DNA from: Cryomorphaceae bacterium
GTDB taxonomy: Bacteria; Bacteroidota; Bacteroidia; Flavobacteriales_D; SKUL01
Assembly (NCBI GenBank): GCA_007695365.1
Contig: REDV01000070.1
Coordinates: 13,546-77,545, forward strand
Reading direction: 5' to 3'
DNA: 64,000 bases
In this document: positions 9,148-18,769 of the stretch, in pieces
How the letters are laid out: each line of letters starts with the position of its first letter
Position numbering within the stretch: the stretch's first letter is position 1
Notes under the pieces: generated by a model
Databases searched by the model: none
What the model was told of the DNA's origin: nothing
What the model saw: the letters and a program-made list of their open reading frames with translations, nothing else
Translations under genes and position numbers: made by a program

Positions 9148-10247
9148 GGGTAGTTCTTGTTTCACGCCAGTTTAACCGTGGAGGATACGCCATTTTGGAG
9201 GCCATGCTCGCAAATGGTATAGAGCCCGTTGCTGTGGTGCTTCACAGCTCCGGAGCTCAACCCGAATTGGACGATGCTGAACGGCGACTTCATTTCAAGA
9301 CAGAGTATCTCGAGCGTTGTATTAAACAAAAGATTGAGCCGGTAAAGTTTTTGGAGAGTATTGATCTTCTGGCACGGCAAAACGGCATTTCTGTATCAAC
9401 CAGAGATTCGCTCAATGGCATTGACGACCGCACCTGGCTGGCGCACTGCGCACCCGACTTATTGCTTGTAGCGGGTGGATGGCCGAATCTGATTTCGGTT
9501 GAAACCCTTGCCATTCCGAAGCTGGGTTGCATCAATGTGCATCCGTCCTTGCTGCCCGATTACCCCGGTACCGACGTCCATCGCTGGCAGGTTTTGCACG
9601 GGGTACCAAAGTCAGGTTGTACCGTACACTATATGGATGCCCGTTTTGACTCCGGTAACATTATTGGCCAGCGCGCTGTTCACATTGATCCAACCGATTG
9701 CCCTCAAACTTTGGCAGCCAAAGTTGCTGATGTCTCGGCGCAATACGTGGTAGAGCTTATGCCGCGGATACAGAAAGCCGCGCCGGCTTGCGTTCAATCT
9801 GTTCCGCAACCGGCGAAAAAAACATCCAGGCACCTTTGTAAGCCTTGGCTGTGGGCAAGTCGTGAGTTTCTCAGCATTCACTGGAAAGACGCCGCAGAAC
9901 ACATTCGTCGTTTTATTCTGTCATGTACCCAGGAGTCATATAAATACAACGGCCCCCTGGTGCGACTCAATGACAGAGAATTTATTGTTCGTCGCGCTGC
10001 ATACCCTGTGAAGCCTGCAGATGGCACTGAGGTCGGGCAAATCATTGAGACTACACGGCAAGGCATTTGGGTAGGATGTGGTGATGGAAATTCTGTTTGT
10101 CTAACACAGCTTCAACCGGCAAGTAAAGAGGGATTTCCCAAAGAACCGCACACTGCTTTGCCCATTTCCGATGAAGAGCTGGCCCAATCAGGCCTGTTCC
10201 AGGCCGGAATGAAGTTTCAGCAGATGGATAATACAAGTATTTTATGA
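9144..10247 (+). CDS. formyltransferase-family enzyme (sugar N-formyltransferase / ArnA N-domain-like)
   Basis: The TTG start overlaps the upstream stop (TTGA). Motifs: INVHPSLLPDYPG and MDARFDSGNII. Carries an extra C-terminal domain. Confidence 0.7.
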   Translation: MRVVLVSRQFNRGGYAILEAMLANGIEPVAVVLHSSGAQPELDDAERRLHFKTEYLERCIKQKIEPVKFLESIDLLARQNGISVSTRDSLNGIDDRTWLAHCAPDLLLVAGGWPNLISVETLAIPKLGCINVHPSLLPDYPGTDVHRWQVLHGVPKSGCTVHYMDARFDSGNIIGQRAVHIDPTDCPQTLAAKVADVSAQYVVELMPRIQKAAPACVQSVPQPAKKTSRHLCKPWLWASREFLSIHWKDAAEHIRRFILSCTQESYKYNGPLVRLNDREFIVRRAAYPVKPADGTEVGQIIETTRQGIWVGCGDGNSVCLTQLQPASKEGFPKEPHTALPISDEELAQSGLFQAGMKFQQMDNTSIL

Positions 10248-10618
10248 TGAGGTTGCGCCAGTTGAGCTCAAAGCTTTTGCTCACCGTCCTGGTGGCCATT
10301 TTGCTCAATATGTCGGGTGCCATCGTCGGAAAGTATTTCGCTTTGAATCTTGAACGTTGGCACATTGTAGCTATTTGTGTAGCATTGTTTGCATTGATTT
10401 ACGCGTCGCGCTTTGTGTTTTGGATATGGGCCGGAAGACATTACCAGCTATCGTTTTTATATCCTTTTATCAGTCTGGCCTATGTGATGTCACTGGCTGT
10501 TGGGTATGTCCTTTTTCAGGAGGAAGTTACCATTCAGCGACTCCTTGGTTCGCTCATTATCGTGGTGGGGGTGGCCATCATCTCCGGCTCGCAAAACAAA
10601 CAGGAAACGCGGCCATGA
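10244..10618 (+). CDS. 4-TM EamA/SMR-like subunit, ArnE-like flippase component
   Basis: ATGA overlap with the upstream gene. YPFISLAYVMSLAVGYVLFQEEVT..LLGSLIIVVGVAII resembles the E. coli ArnE C-terminal half. Confidence 0.6.
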   Translation: MMRLRQLSSKLLLTVLVAILLNMSGAIVGKYFALNLERWHIVAICVALFALIYASRFVFWIWAGRHYQLSFLYPFISLAYVMSLAVGYVLFQEEVTIQRLLGSLIIVVGVAIISGSQNKQETRP

Positions 10619-10965
10619 TATACTATTTGCTTGCCGTTGGTACAGCCGTTCTTACCGGGATGGGACAGGTGTCGCTCAAGCTTTTTTCAGCCCACCGAAA
10701 CCTCCCGTTCCTACGTAGAATTTTTCATCCGCAGTTTGTGTTCAGCGCGACGTGTTTTGGAGGAAGTTTTCTTCTTTCGGTGTATGTTCTTCAGTATCTT
10801 GATTTTACCGTTTTTTACACACTCACCGCGCTTAACTTTGGATTTGTGGCCCTTTTTTCGTCATGGGTGTTGGGTGAGGCCATTGATGCGCGGAAAATCT
10901 GGGGGATTGTGGTAATCATGATGGGTTTGGCTGTGTTTAATGCGCCGGCAGACGGATGGTTATGA
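10615..10965 (+). CDS. 4-TM EamA/SMR-like subunit, ArnF-like flippase component
   Basis: True start is ATG 10615 (ATGA overlap), not the 10357 track start. The sequence is MIYYLLAVGTAVLTGMGQVSLK..., with 4 TM segments. Confidence 0.6.
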   Translation: MIYYLLAVGTAVLTGMGQVSLKLFSAHRNLPFLRRIFHPQFVFSATCFGGSFLLSVYVLQYLDFTVFYTLTALNFGFVALFSSWVLGEAIDARKIWGIVVIMMGLAVFNAPADGWL

Positions 10966-10985
10966 TGCTGCTTGAAAACAAATAG

Positions 10986-10993
10986 TAAGTTTG
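10986..10993 (+). promoter_or_regulatory. -7 promoter box TAAGTTTG
   Basis: Perfect TAnnTTTG, 9 nt upstream of ATG 11003. It overlaps the TTG 10991 track start, which argues against that start. Confidence 0.45.
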
Positions 10994-11002
10994 TGCAACA
11001 CG

Positions 11003-12157
11003 ATGAATCAAGACCAAACACCACCGCGTATACCGTTTAATCGGCCGCACCTCACAGGACGGGAGACCACCTATATTGAGGATGCCGTTGCCTCGGGCCA
11101 TATCTCAGGAAATGGCAAGTACACAAAACTTTGCCAGCAGTTTTTTGAGCAGCAATTCGGTTTTGGTAAATCTTTGCTGACTACTTCCTGCACCGATGCG
11201 CTGGAAATGGCTGCTTTGCTCTGCGAAATTGGCCCGGGCGATGAGGTCATCATGCCTGCCTACACATTTGTAAGCACGGCCAATGCCTTTGTGCTTCGCG
11301 GTGCTACCATTGTTTTTGCCGATAGCAGGAAAGATCATCCGGGGATGAGCGAGGAATTACTGGAAGAGCTGATTACACCACGAACCAAGGCCATTGTACC
11401 CGTGCATTATGCCGGTGTTTCCTGCGATATGGATGCAATTATGCAACTTGCAGAAAAGTACAGGCTTTTTGTCATTGAAGATGCGGCGCAAGCTATTGAC
11501 AGTTACTATAGTTCGAAAGATGGAGCGAAGCGCCCTTTGGGCACCCTGGGTCATGCCGCTGCGTTTTCTTTCCACGAAACCAAAAACATCATTTCGGGCG
11601 AGGGGGGCATGTTGGCAGTAAATCATCCCCAATGGCATAGTCGCGCGGAAATCATCTGGGAAAAAGGAACCAATCGTTCAGCATTTTTTCGCGGCGAAAT
11701 TGACAAATACGGTTGGATTGATGTGGGCTCATCTTTTCTTCCGAGTGAAGTGGTTGCCGCTTTTCTGTGGGCACAGCTCGAGAATATGCAAAAGATTCAG
11801 CAAGAGCGGGTACGTGTTTGGAACCTGTATGAAACTGGTCTCAAGGGGTGGGCCTGCCAACACGGATTTCGCGTGCCTGTTATTCCAGATTACGCAACCA
11901 ATAATGGTCATTTGTTTTATCTCGTGGCGGAAGATGCTGCGCTGCGCAGCTCATTGATTGCTCACCTGAAAAAGGCCAATATCGGTGCTGTATTCCATTA
12001 TTTGCCGTTGCACCAAAGCCCTTATTACGCTGATAAACACGACGGCCGCAATCTTCCGATGGCGGAGCGTTACGCAGACTGCCTGGTGCGTTTGCCGTTG
12101 TTTTATGGCTTAAACCCGGATCGGGTCATTGATTCGGTTTGTACATTCAGACCATGA
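11003..12157 (+). CDS. wecE: dTDP-4-amino-4,6-dideoxygalactose transaminase family (WecE/RffA-like, DegT/DnrJ/EryC1 class)
   Basis: Near-collinear with E. coli WecE from memory: PGDEVIMPAYTFVSTANAFVLRGA, VPVHYAGV, FSFHETKN (PLP Lys), EKGTNRSAFFRGEIDKY, FHYLPLH, RLPLFYGL. Confidence 0.8.
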   Translation: MNQDQTPPRIPFNRPHLTGRETTYIEDAVASGHISGNGKYTKLCQQFFEQQFGFGKSLLTTSCTDALEMAALLCEIGPGDEVIMPAYTFVSTANAFVLRGATIVFADSRKDHPGMSEELLEELITPRTKAIVPVHYAGVSCDMDAIMQLAEKYRLFVIEDAAQAIDSYYSSKDGAKRPLGTLGHAAAFSFHETKNIISGEGGMLAVNHPQWHSRAEIIWEKGTNRSAFFRGEIDKYGWIDVGSSFLPSEVVAAFLWAQLENMQKIQQERVRVWNLYETGLKGWACQHGFRVPVIPDYATNNGHLFYLVAEDAALRSSLIAHLKKANIGAVFHYLPLHQSPYYADKHDGRNLPMAERYADCLVRLPLFYGLNPDRVIDSVCTFRP

Positions 12158-12161
12158 GCCA

Positions 12162-12192
12162 CGGCATCAAAAATCATTAAAAATTGATGCCG
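12162..12192 (+). terminator. 9-bp hairpin after the transaminase stop (no U-tract)
   Basis: CGGCATCAA (12162-12170) and TTGATGCCG (12184-12192) with a 13-nt A/T loop. It begins 5 nt after the stop. Confidence 0.4.
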
Positions 12193-12270
12193 AAACAGCT
12201 ACATATTCATTCTTGCACGGTTTCTGATTGCGAAGGCGCTAAACCATTTGTAAATTATCCAACGCGAGGT

Positions 12271-15200
12271 ATGACACTACGGTACCTGGTTCTTGCTTTC
12301 CTGCTCATGGCATCGCCCGGGGGATTCTCGCAGTTGCTCAATTTTCAGAATTTCGGGCTGGAAGAAGGGTTACCTGCTACAGGGGCTTTTGACTTTGCAA
12401 TGGGTAAGGATGGCTTGCTTTGGATTGCCACAGATGGGGGCGGAGTCGCAAACTACGACGGCCACCGCTTTAGGCAGTACGACCACCGTACAGGGCTTTC
12501 AGCTAGTACGATAAGGGCCATTCTGTGCGATGACAACGGCGATATTTGGGTGGCATCTTCGCAGGAGGGACTTTTCAGATATTCTGGTACATGGCAGTCT
12601 CTTCGATCAGTTAACGACTTTCACTTTGGCGATATCCGGGCGATGTGTAAGGCGTCGGAAGGTCGCATCTTTGTTGGAACCGCCACCGGTGTAGCCGAAG
12701 TAAGGGGAGATTCAGCCTATTTACCCGCGTGGAACAGATCTTTACCACATCTTGATATTCGCGCACTTACTTTCTCGCAGGACACCCTCTGGGTGGGTAC
12801 AGATTACGGTTTGGCTTTCGTAACGGATAATCAGGTGGCCCGCTTCTCTGGTTCAGACAAGCTGCCTTCTCAAAGAATTGTGTCAATTACCAAATCGGGC
12901 AGAGGAGGGGTTTGGGTAGGAACCTCCGCCGGTTTGATGCACGTTTGTGGTGATACTTGCGAGCCCATCGGACGCAGTGATGATTTTCCGTCCAAACGGA
13001 TCCGCAGTGTATGCGAAGATGTGGATGGAACGCTTTGGATTGGAACCTATAACGGAGTAGTACGCCTAAGGCAAAATGGAGAGAAGTTTGAACAGGAAGT
13101 GTACACGATTGCCAATGGTTTGCCAGACAATCGCATCCGCTCCATTTATCGGGATCCCTCTGGAAGTATCTGGTTTGCAACCTACCTCGGAGGTGTCAGC
13201 CAACTTACACATACCCACTTTGAGCATTACACCATAGATCCTTTCCAGAAGTTCTCTTTTTCTTCTGTGATGGAGTCCGACAACGGGTGTCTTTATGCAG
13301 GACTGTTTGAAAACGGGGTGGCTCAAATCTGTGATGGCCGGGTTGAAATGCTGCACAACGGTGCATACTCGGTGCGGAGCATCAGTCCGCCGTTTAAAGG
13401 TAGCCACTGGGTGGTGCACAATGAGGGTATTTCGGTAATACAGAACAATGAAGTACGCAGTTGGTCTTTGTCCGATACACTTGCCAATTCGCTGTTTTAC
13501 GATTGCCGCATTTTTAACGACAAGCTCTACATTTCATACCATAATATGATTTTGAGTCGCAGCGCTAATCCAAATACAATCGAAGGTTTTCAGGTTGTGG
13601 CGGCGTTTGAGACACCCGATGTGATTCAGCGTTTTGTGATGCTCCGCGATTCGGTTATTTGGGCCATCACCGACAATCAGGTAGGTTTTTGGCGTAGCAA
13701 CTGGGAAGAGCAGACCTTCATTCCGGTGGAGGCCAACCAACTCAAGGATGCTGTCTTTACAGATATTGCCATGGACTCCTTCAGGCAGGTGTGGGTTACT
13801 TCGCTCAACAAAGGTCTTTTCCGGATTTCAAAAGGAAGGGTAAGTTGGCTGCACGAAGACAATGGTTTGTTTTCCAACCGGCTGCATCAGTTATTATTTG
13901 ATAAGGACGAGAACCTTTGGGTAGGTGGGCTCAACGGTATGGGTGAAATCATCCTCACTGCTGGTAACGAGTTGGTTGAATCTGTTCGCCATTACACCTT
14001 CAAAGACGGATTGCGTCACATGCACACCAACCTGCGAGCCGGATACAAGGATAGCGCAAACACACTCTGGTTTGGTACCTTAAACGGACTAACATCCTAT
14101 CGGGGCGATCGGAAGCAACATATTGCTGAACCTCCAACAATTGTAATCCGCAGCATTGATCTCTTTTTTGACGACCAAACCCAATGGGATGGTTTTTCAG
14201 ACCTTATCAATCCGCGTACCCGGCTGCCCATCAACTTGTCGGTTCCGCATCATCAAAACCACCTTACTTTTCACTTTCTGGGAACCAACCTAGCCAACCC
14301 CTCTGCCGTGCGGTATCAGTACCGATTGGAAGGTCTGGATGACTGGTCGCCTATTACTTCCCGAACATCGGTTACCTACACCAGCCTACCCCCCGGGCGT
14401 TACAAATTTCAGGTGATGGCGCGCAACCATTTGGGGCAGTGGAATCAAGACCCAGCCAGTTTCAGTTTTGAGGTGCGTGCACCGTTTTATTTTGCCTGGT
14501 GGTTTATTCTTTCGGTGGCATTGGCGGTGATTTTAACAGTGGTTTCGATTGTGCGGTGGAGGGTGCGCAGCCTGAAAGCAGAGCAGATGCGGCTTGAGCG
14601 GGAAGTGGAGCTTCGTACTGCGCAGCTGCAGGAAGAGGTTAAAAAAAGTGATGAGTTGTTGCTGAATATTTTACCTGCCGATGCCGCCCGGGAGCTTCGC
14701 GAAAAAGGATACGCCGATGCACGCCAGTTTCGGAACGTGTCAGTGATGTTTACCGACTTCAAGGGCTTCACCCAATTGGCCGAAAAGCTGAGTTCCTCAG
14801 AACTGGTTGCAACACTCGACGAATGTTTCCGCGCTTTTGATGAAATCGTGGGTCGCTACGGTCTGGAGAAAATTAAAACCATTGGTGATGCCTATATGTG
14901 TGCTGCCGGACTGCGCGATCACGATGTAAATCATGCGGTAAATGCTGTGCATGTGGCGCTCGAGATGATTGGATTTATGGAGGAGTTTAACAATCGTCGT
15001 CAGCGCGAGGGAAAACCTCCCTGGCATTTGCGGGCAGGTATTCATAGTGGCCCGGTAGTAGCCGGTATTGTTGGAAAGAAAAAGTTTGCCTACGATATCT
15101 GGGGTGATACTGTAAATTTGGCTGCGCGTATTGAAGGTGCCAGCGTAGAAGGAAAAATCAATGTATCCTCAACCACACGCGAATTGATTAAAGACACCTT

Positions 15201-15312
15201 CAGTACAGAGTATCGCGGCGAAATTGAAGTGAAAAACAAAGGCGCCGTCGCTATGTACTTTGTTACTGGAACGAAAGATAACTACGTAGGCTCCTTCGCT
15301 AATACTGATTAG
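12271..15312 (+). CDS. sensor adenylate cyclase: periplasmic two-component-regulator propeller repeats + Y_Y_Y domain + TM + class III cyclase
   Basis: Start moved to ATG 12271 (signal [21 protein letters not shown]). Repeated G(L/V)..F/Y propeller blades. TM segment [21 protein letters not shown]. Cyclase core [33 protein letters not shown]. Confidence 0.8.
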   Translation: MTLRYLVLAFLLMASPGGFSQLLNFQNFGLEEGLPATGAFDFAMGKDGLLWIATDGGGVANYDGHRFRQYDHRTGLSASTIRAILCDDNGDIWVASSQEGLFRYSGTWQSLRSVNDFHFGDIRAMCKASEGRIFVGTATGVAEVRGDSAYLPAWNRSLPHLDIRALTFSQDTLWVGTDYGLAFVTDNQVARFSGSDKLPSQRIVSITKSGRGGVWVGTSAGLMHVCGDTCEPIGRSDDFPSKRIRSVCEDVDGTLWIGTYNGVVRLRQNGEKFEQEVYTIANGLPDNRIRSIYRDPSGSIWFATYLGGVSQLTHTHFEHYTIDPFQKFSFSSVMESDNGCLYAGLFENGVAQICDGRVEMLHNGAYSVRSISPPFKGSHWVVHNEGISVIQNNEVRSWSLSDTLANSLFYDCRIFNDKLYISYHNMILSRSANPNTIEGFQVVAAFETPDVIQRFVMLRDSVIWAITDNQVGFWRSNWEEQTFIPVEANQLKDAVFTDIAMDSFRQVWVTSLNKGLFRISKGRVSWLHEDNGLFSNRLHQLLFDKDENLWVGGLNGMGEIILTAGNELVESVRHYTFKDGLRHMHTNLRAGYKDSANTLWFGTLNGLTSYRGDRKQHIAEPPTIVIRSIDLFFDDQTQWDGFSDLINPRTRLPINLSVPHHQNHLTFHFLGTNLANPSAVRYQYRLEGLDDWSPITSRTSVTYTSLPPGRYKFQVMARNHLGQWNQDPASFSFEVRAPFYFAWWFILSVALAVILTVVSIVRWRVRSLKAEQMRLEREVELRTAQLQEEVKKSDELLLNILPADAARELREKGYADARQFRNVSVMFTDFKGFTQLAEKLSSSELVATLDECFRAFDEIVGRYGLEKIKTIGDAYMCAAGLRDHDVNHAVNAVHVALEMIGFMEEFNNRRQREGKPPWHLRAGIHSGPVVAGIVGKKKFAYDIWGDTVNLAARIEGASVEGKINVSSTTRELIKDTFSTEYRGEIEVKNKGAVAMYFVTGTKDNYVGSFANTD

Positions 15313-16037
15313 TTTATTCGCAGCATGCCGTATTTCAGGATGCAGTATATGGCCCGGACACCGTCTTTCCAACCTATTTTTTTGCCCTCCTCGTAGGTTC
15401 GGCCGTAGTAGGAAATGCCCACCTCATAAATACGGATACCCGGAATTCGCGAAACTTTGGCAGTAACTTCCGGCTCAAATCCGAACCGTTTTTCACGCAG
15501 GGTGAGCGATTGAATTGTTTCCCTCCGAAAGAGTTTATAACACGTTTCCATGTCTGTCAGGTTCAGATTGGTAAACGCATTGGAAAGAAAAGTCAAAAAC
15601 TTGTTTCCGATCGTGTGCCAGAAAAAGAGAATGCGATGTGGGTTTCCTCCCATAAACCGACTTCCGTAAACAACATCGGCATGCCCTTCCAGCATAGGTC
15701 GAAGCAATAATTTGTACTCATTAGGGTCATACTCCAAATCGGCATCCTGAATGATGATGAAGTCACCCGTAGCTTCTGCAATGCCCGTGTGCAAGGCGGC
15801 GCCTTTTCCTTGATTTACCTCATGAGCCTTGTAGGCAATGCCCATATCCGGGTACTTTACCGCGTAGCGCTGTATGGCACCAGCTGTATCGTCGGAGGAG
15901 CAATCATTTACGATGATAACTTCCTTTTGCAGTCCGCCAGGTAGTTCAACTGCACGCACTTTGTCCAGGATGAGGTGAATGGTTCGCGCCTCGTTGTAGG
16001 CCGGAATAACAATAGAAAGTTTGCGCGGTTCACTCAC
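15309..16037 (-). CDS. soluble GT2 glycosyltransferase (polyprenol-phosphate hexose synthase-like)
   Basis: GTG start. [33 protein letters not shown]. Convergent 4-nt overlap with the cyclase stop. Confidence 0.75.
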   Translation of the reverse strand: MSEPRKLSIVIPAYNEARTIHLILDKVRAVELPGGLQKEVIIVNDCSSDDTAGAIQRYAVKYPDMGIAYKAHEVNQGKGAALHTGIAEATGDFIIIQDADLEYDPNEYKLLLRPMLEGHADVVYGSRFMGGNPHRILFFWHTIGNKFLTFLSNAFTNLNLTDMETCYKLFRRETIQSLTLREKRFGFEPEVTAKVSRIPGIRIYEVGISYYGRTYEEGKKIGWKDGVRAIYCILKYGMLRIN

Positions 16038-16099
16038 TTGTACATGGGTTTATCTGAGGGCGTAAAAATAAGCCATTATTCGTTTTGGGGTTAAATCGC

Positions 16100-16900
16100 T
16101 TACGCTACAACTATATCACGTCTGTAGCCGCCATTATTCTGAAGGGCCCAGAGTAGCTGTGCTCCTTTCTGATTCAGCCTTTTTTTCAGAATTGTATGTG
16201 CTTCCGAGCCGCTCAGCCAATTTTGCTGGTGCATTGGGTGAACTCCCCAGTGGCATTTTTGTGGAATCCAGTACCCAGAATCTTTTCGCAATAAAAGGTC
16301 TTTGGCAAAAAGTACCCCTCCTGCGCGGTGCTGCGTTGCCCAGGAGGAAACGTCATCTATTGCATTGAAGTAGAGCCAAAGTTTCAGACACAGTTGTTGT
16401 TCAACAGGCCATGGCGGCAGGTTTAGCATGGCAATTTGGTCTTGGGTTTCGGGCAAGTGCCACGCAGCGAATTGGCGCAATTGTAGTTTCCGGAGCTTAT
16501 CTACAAGTCTGTCACGACCGTTGGGACCTATCCAGCGATGCCAGGGGTGAGGATTGCCTATTTCCGGCACATAGATTTTATAGGCTATTTCAAGATGAAT
16601 AATGCGTTTCGCCAAATGGTCTAGCAAAACAAAGTCCAGCTCACCCAGAGTGCGCCCATCACGAACAATCTGCAAACCGGAGGCTACAATTTCATGTTGA
16701 TTGGATGAGCCAAGACCAAGCTGTACGAGTTGCTCCATGCGTTTGCCAAGAGTGAAAGACAAGCTAACGGGGCTATTGGCTTTAGGGCACATCAGAGATA
16801 AACATGCCGAATTAAAAGCAGTGCCTTCCGGAAAGGCCCGGAGGCAAGGAGTTTCATTCCATGCCTCTATTTCTGCTTGAAGTGGAAAGTCACTTTGCAA
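16100..16900 (-). CDS. DUF1853-like protein (PD-(D/E)XK nuclease-fold candidate)
   Basis: LGELDFVLLD...IHLEIAYKIY matches the D...ExxxK core I recall for DUF1853. TTG start, so the N-terminus is uncertain. Confidence 0.45.
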   Translation of the reverse strand: MQSDFPLQAEIEAWNETPCLRAFPEGTAFNSACLSLMCPKANSPVSLSFTLGKRMEQLVQLGLGSSNQHEIVASGLQIVRDGRTLGELDFVLLDHLAKRIIHLEIAYKIYVPEIGNPHPWHRWIGPNGRDRLVDKLRKLQLRQFAAWHLPETQDQIAMLNLPPWPVEQQLCLKLWLYFNAIDDVSSWATQHRAGGVLFAKDLLLRKDSGYWIPQKCHWGVHPMHQQNWLSGSEAHTILKKRLNQKGAQLLWALQNNGGYRRDIVVA

Positions 16901-16906
16901 ATCGGT

Positions 16907-17728
16907 TTACTTTTCCTTTTGCGGAATAAGGTGAACATCGCGCTGAGGGAAAGGAATCTCAATTCCTTCCTTATCAAAAGCCTCTTTGATTTTTTCCAGA
17001 TTGTCCCAGTACACCACCCAAAATTCGGGAGTGTTTACCCAGGCCCGTGCAAGGAAGTTCAGAGAGCTGTCACCCAGATTTGATAAGACCATAAGTGGCT
17101 CAGGATCTTTGAGTATTCTATCTTCTTCGCTTAGTACTCTTAGCACAATGCCCCGGGCTTTCTTCATATCCGATCCGTAGCTGATGCCAATTTGCCATTC
17201 AACCCTACGTGTTCCTTTGCGTGTAAAATTGGTGATGGGTTGGTTGGCTAATTGCCCGTTGGGTACAATCACGGTTCTGTTATCGGGCGTTCGAAGGGTG
17301 GTATGGAGAATATCAATACTTTCAACTGTACCCAAATGACCCTGCGTTTCAATGAATTCATTTACCCTGAATGGCTTGAAGAGCAAAATCAGCACGCCTC
17401 CTGCAAAATTGGCTAAACTGCCCTGAAGAGCCAGGCCAATGGCAAGACCCGCGGCACCCAAGGCGGCAATGAATGAAGTGGTGTCTACGCCAATCATAGA
17501 TACCACACTTATAACGAGCATCACCTTGAGCACGATGGCCATCACTCTGGTGAGGAACATGATCAGTGCAGGGTCGTTCTCCTTCTTCTCAAGCTGCGTA
17601 TTCAACATTTTCACAGCCAATCGAATAAGCCGTAAACCAATCCACAAGGTGATGATAGCGAGAAGGATTCTCGGACCATTTTCGAGAATCATTTTCCACG
17701 AGTAATCGGCTATTTCCTCAAGTTCCAT
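16907..17728 (-). CDS. small-conductance mechanosensitive channel (MscS family)
   Basis: Three N-terminal TM segments, then GAAGLAIGLALQGSLANFAGGVLILLFKPFRVNEFIE and a beta-domain. Confidence 0.85.
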   Translation of the reverse strand: MELEEIADYSWKMILENGPRILLAIITLWIGLRLIRLAVKMLNTQLEKKENDPALIMFLTRVMAIVLKVMLVISVVSMIGVDTTSFIAALGAAGLAIGLALQGSLANFAGGVLILLFKPFRVNEFIETQGHLGTVESIDILHTTLRTPDNRTVIVPNGQLANQPITNFTRKGTRRVEWQIGISYGSDMKKARGIVLRVLSEEDRILKDPEPLMVLSNLGDSSLNFLARAWVNTPEFWVVYWDNLEKIKEAFDKEGIEIPFPQRDVHLIPQKEK

Positions 17729-17771
17729 AGGGTTAATTTGGGCGCTAAATTACAGAAGTTTGACACGAAAG

Positions 17772-17806
17772 CGCAAAAAGAAAGGCTGCTCAAGGGAGCA
17801 GCCTTT
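17772..17806 (-). terminator. rho-independent terminator
   Basis: 11-bp perfect stem AAAGGCTGCTC/GAGCAGCCTTT with a 4-nt loop, followed on the minus strand by CTTTTTG. Confidence 0.7.
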
Positions 17807-17831
17807 CATCTAACCAATCAATCTACTTTAC

Positions 17832-17975
17832 TCAATCAAGAATCACCGCTTTCGGGTATTTTTCCTTCCAGAAATCAAACTTAGCGAGGTCTTTGATGGT
17901 GATAATCGTCTTATGATCAAGTCTTACCCGGATTTTTTTTACCAGGCTTTGCTTTTTATTGTCAGAGGTAGTCAT
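17832..17975 (-). CDS. small basic hypothetical protein (47 aa), below the track cutoff
   Basis: Hand translation MTTSDNKKQSLVKKIRVRLDHKTIITIKDLAKFDFWKEKYPKAVILD. It has its own terminator 26 nt downstream. Confidence 0.35.
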   Translation of the reverse strand: MTTSDNKKQSLVKKIRVRLDHKTIITIKDLAKFDFWKEKYPKAVILD

Positions 17976-18103
17976 GGCGTTTATGTTTCAGTTGATATAA
18001 TAACCAAACGCCGGAGTTGATTATCTGTTTTAAGTGGCCGTCGGAATTAGGCTTTTTTTGCAACTTCAGGCAACATGTATTTCTGTGCTATCCCGTAACC
18101 TGG

Positions 18104-18730
18104 CTATTTCTTCCGACGGTAAATCTGCGCTTCCTCAATTGAACCCCAAAGGACTTTGTCATTGGGATCACAAGCTGCTTCATACCAATCGAGCTTTTTG
18201 GCGGTTAGCATCATGCGCATCTTGGTATGGTGGCCTCCGTGTTCGTTCAGTTCGCAGAATTGTTCTACGGTCTCTCCGTTAAAAACAGCAAAGCCATCGT
18301 AATTCAAAAATATTTCACAACCGTTTTCGAGTTGAAGCTTGTCTATATCCAAAAAACCCTCCAGTTCGGCCTGACTCAATCCTCCTTTTACTTCAAGACC
18401 TTTGGGCAACAAGTACAATTCAAACATCATGTGCTCACCCATCTGCTCTACGCTGAATACCCATTGGCGGTTGGGTTTGTTGGGCGTTGAAACATTGCTG
18501 CGTTCCATATAGAACCAGTGATCGGCATAATCTTCCCATATGCGCACAAAGCGCTTCATCTGATGCTCTTCGTATTGAGGTAAAAGTTCTTCACCTTCGG
18601 TTGTGTAGGTGTCAACCAGCCATTCGCTCAAATACAGCAAGTCATCTTCGTGTTCAAATACATCTTCATCCTGTGCCTGAAGAAAACAGGTGGAGAATAA
18701 AAGGAGCAGGGGTAGTATCAGCTTTTTCAT
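18104..18730 (-). CDS. secreted CpcT/CpeT-like (lipocalin-fold) protein
   Basis: Signal MKKLILPLLLLFSTCFLQAQ. The pattern L..WL.......RIWED..DHWFYMER.....PNRQWVF resembles the CpcT/CpeT (DUF1001) family. Confidence 0.45.
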   Translation of the reverse strand: MKKLILPLLLLFSTCFLQAQDEDVFEHEDDLLYLSEWLVDTYTTEGEELLPQYEEHQMKRFVRIWEDYADHWFYMERSNVSTPNKPNRQWVFSVEQMGEHMMFELYLLPKGLEVKGGLSQAELEGFLDIDKLQLENGCEIFLNYDGFAVFNGETVEQFCELNEHGGHHTKMRMMLTAKKLDWYEAACDPNDKVLWGSIEEAQIYRRKK

Positions 18731-18761
18731 ACTTGTTTCTTTTTTGGGGTGTTCGAAAATA

Positions 18762-18769
18762 CAAAACTA
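18762..18769 (-). promoter_or_regulatory. -7 promoter box (CAAAACTA = rc TAGTTTTG)
   Basis: Perfect motif 32 nt upstream of ATG 18730. It overlaps the msrB stop codon. Confidence 0.4.

Noticed and set aside
10357-10614. N-terminal extension of the track ORF 10357..10965
   Set aside because: It overlaps the ArnE-like gene in another frame. The ATG at 10615, with an ATGA overlap, gives a complete 4-TM protein.
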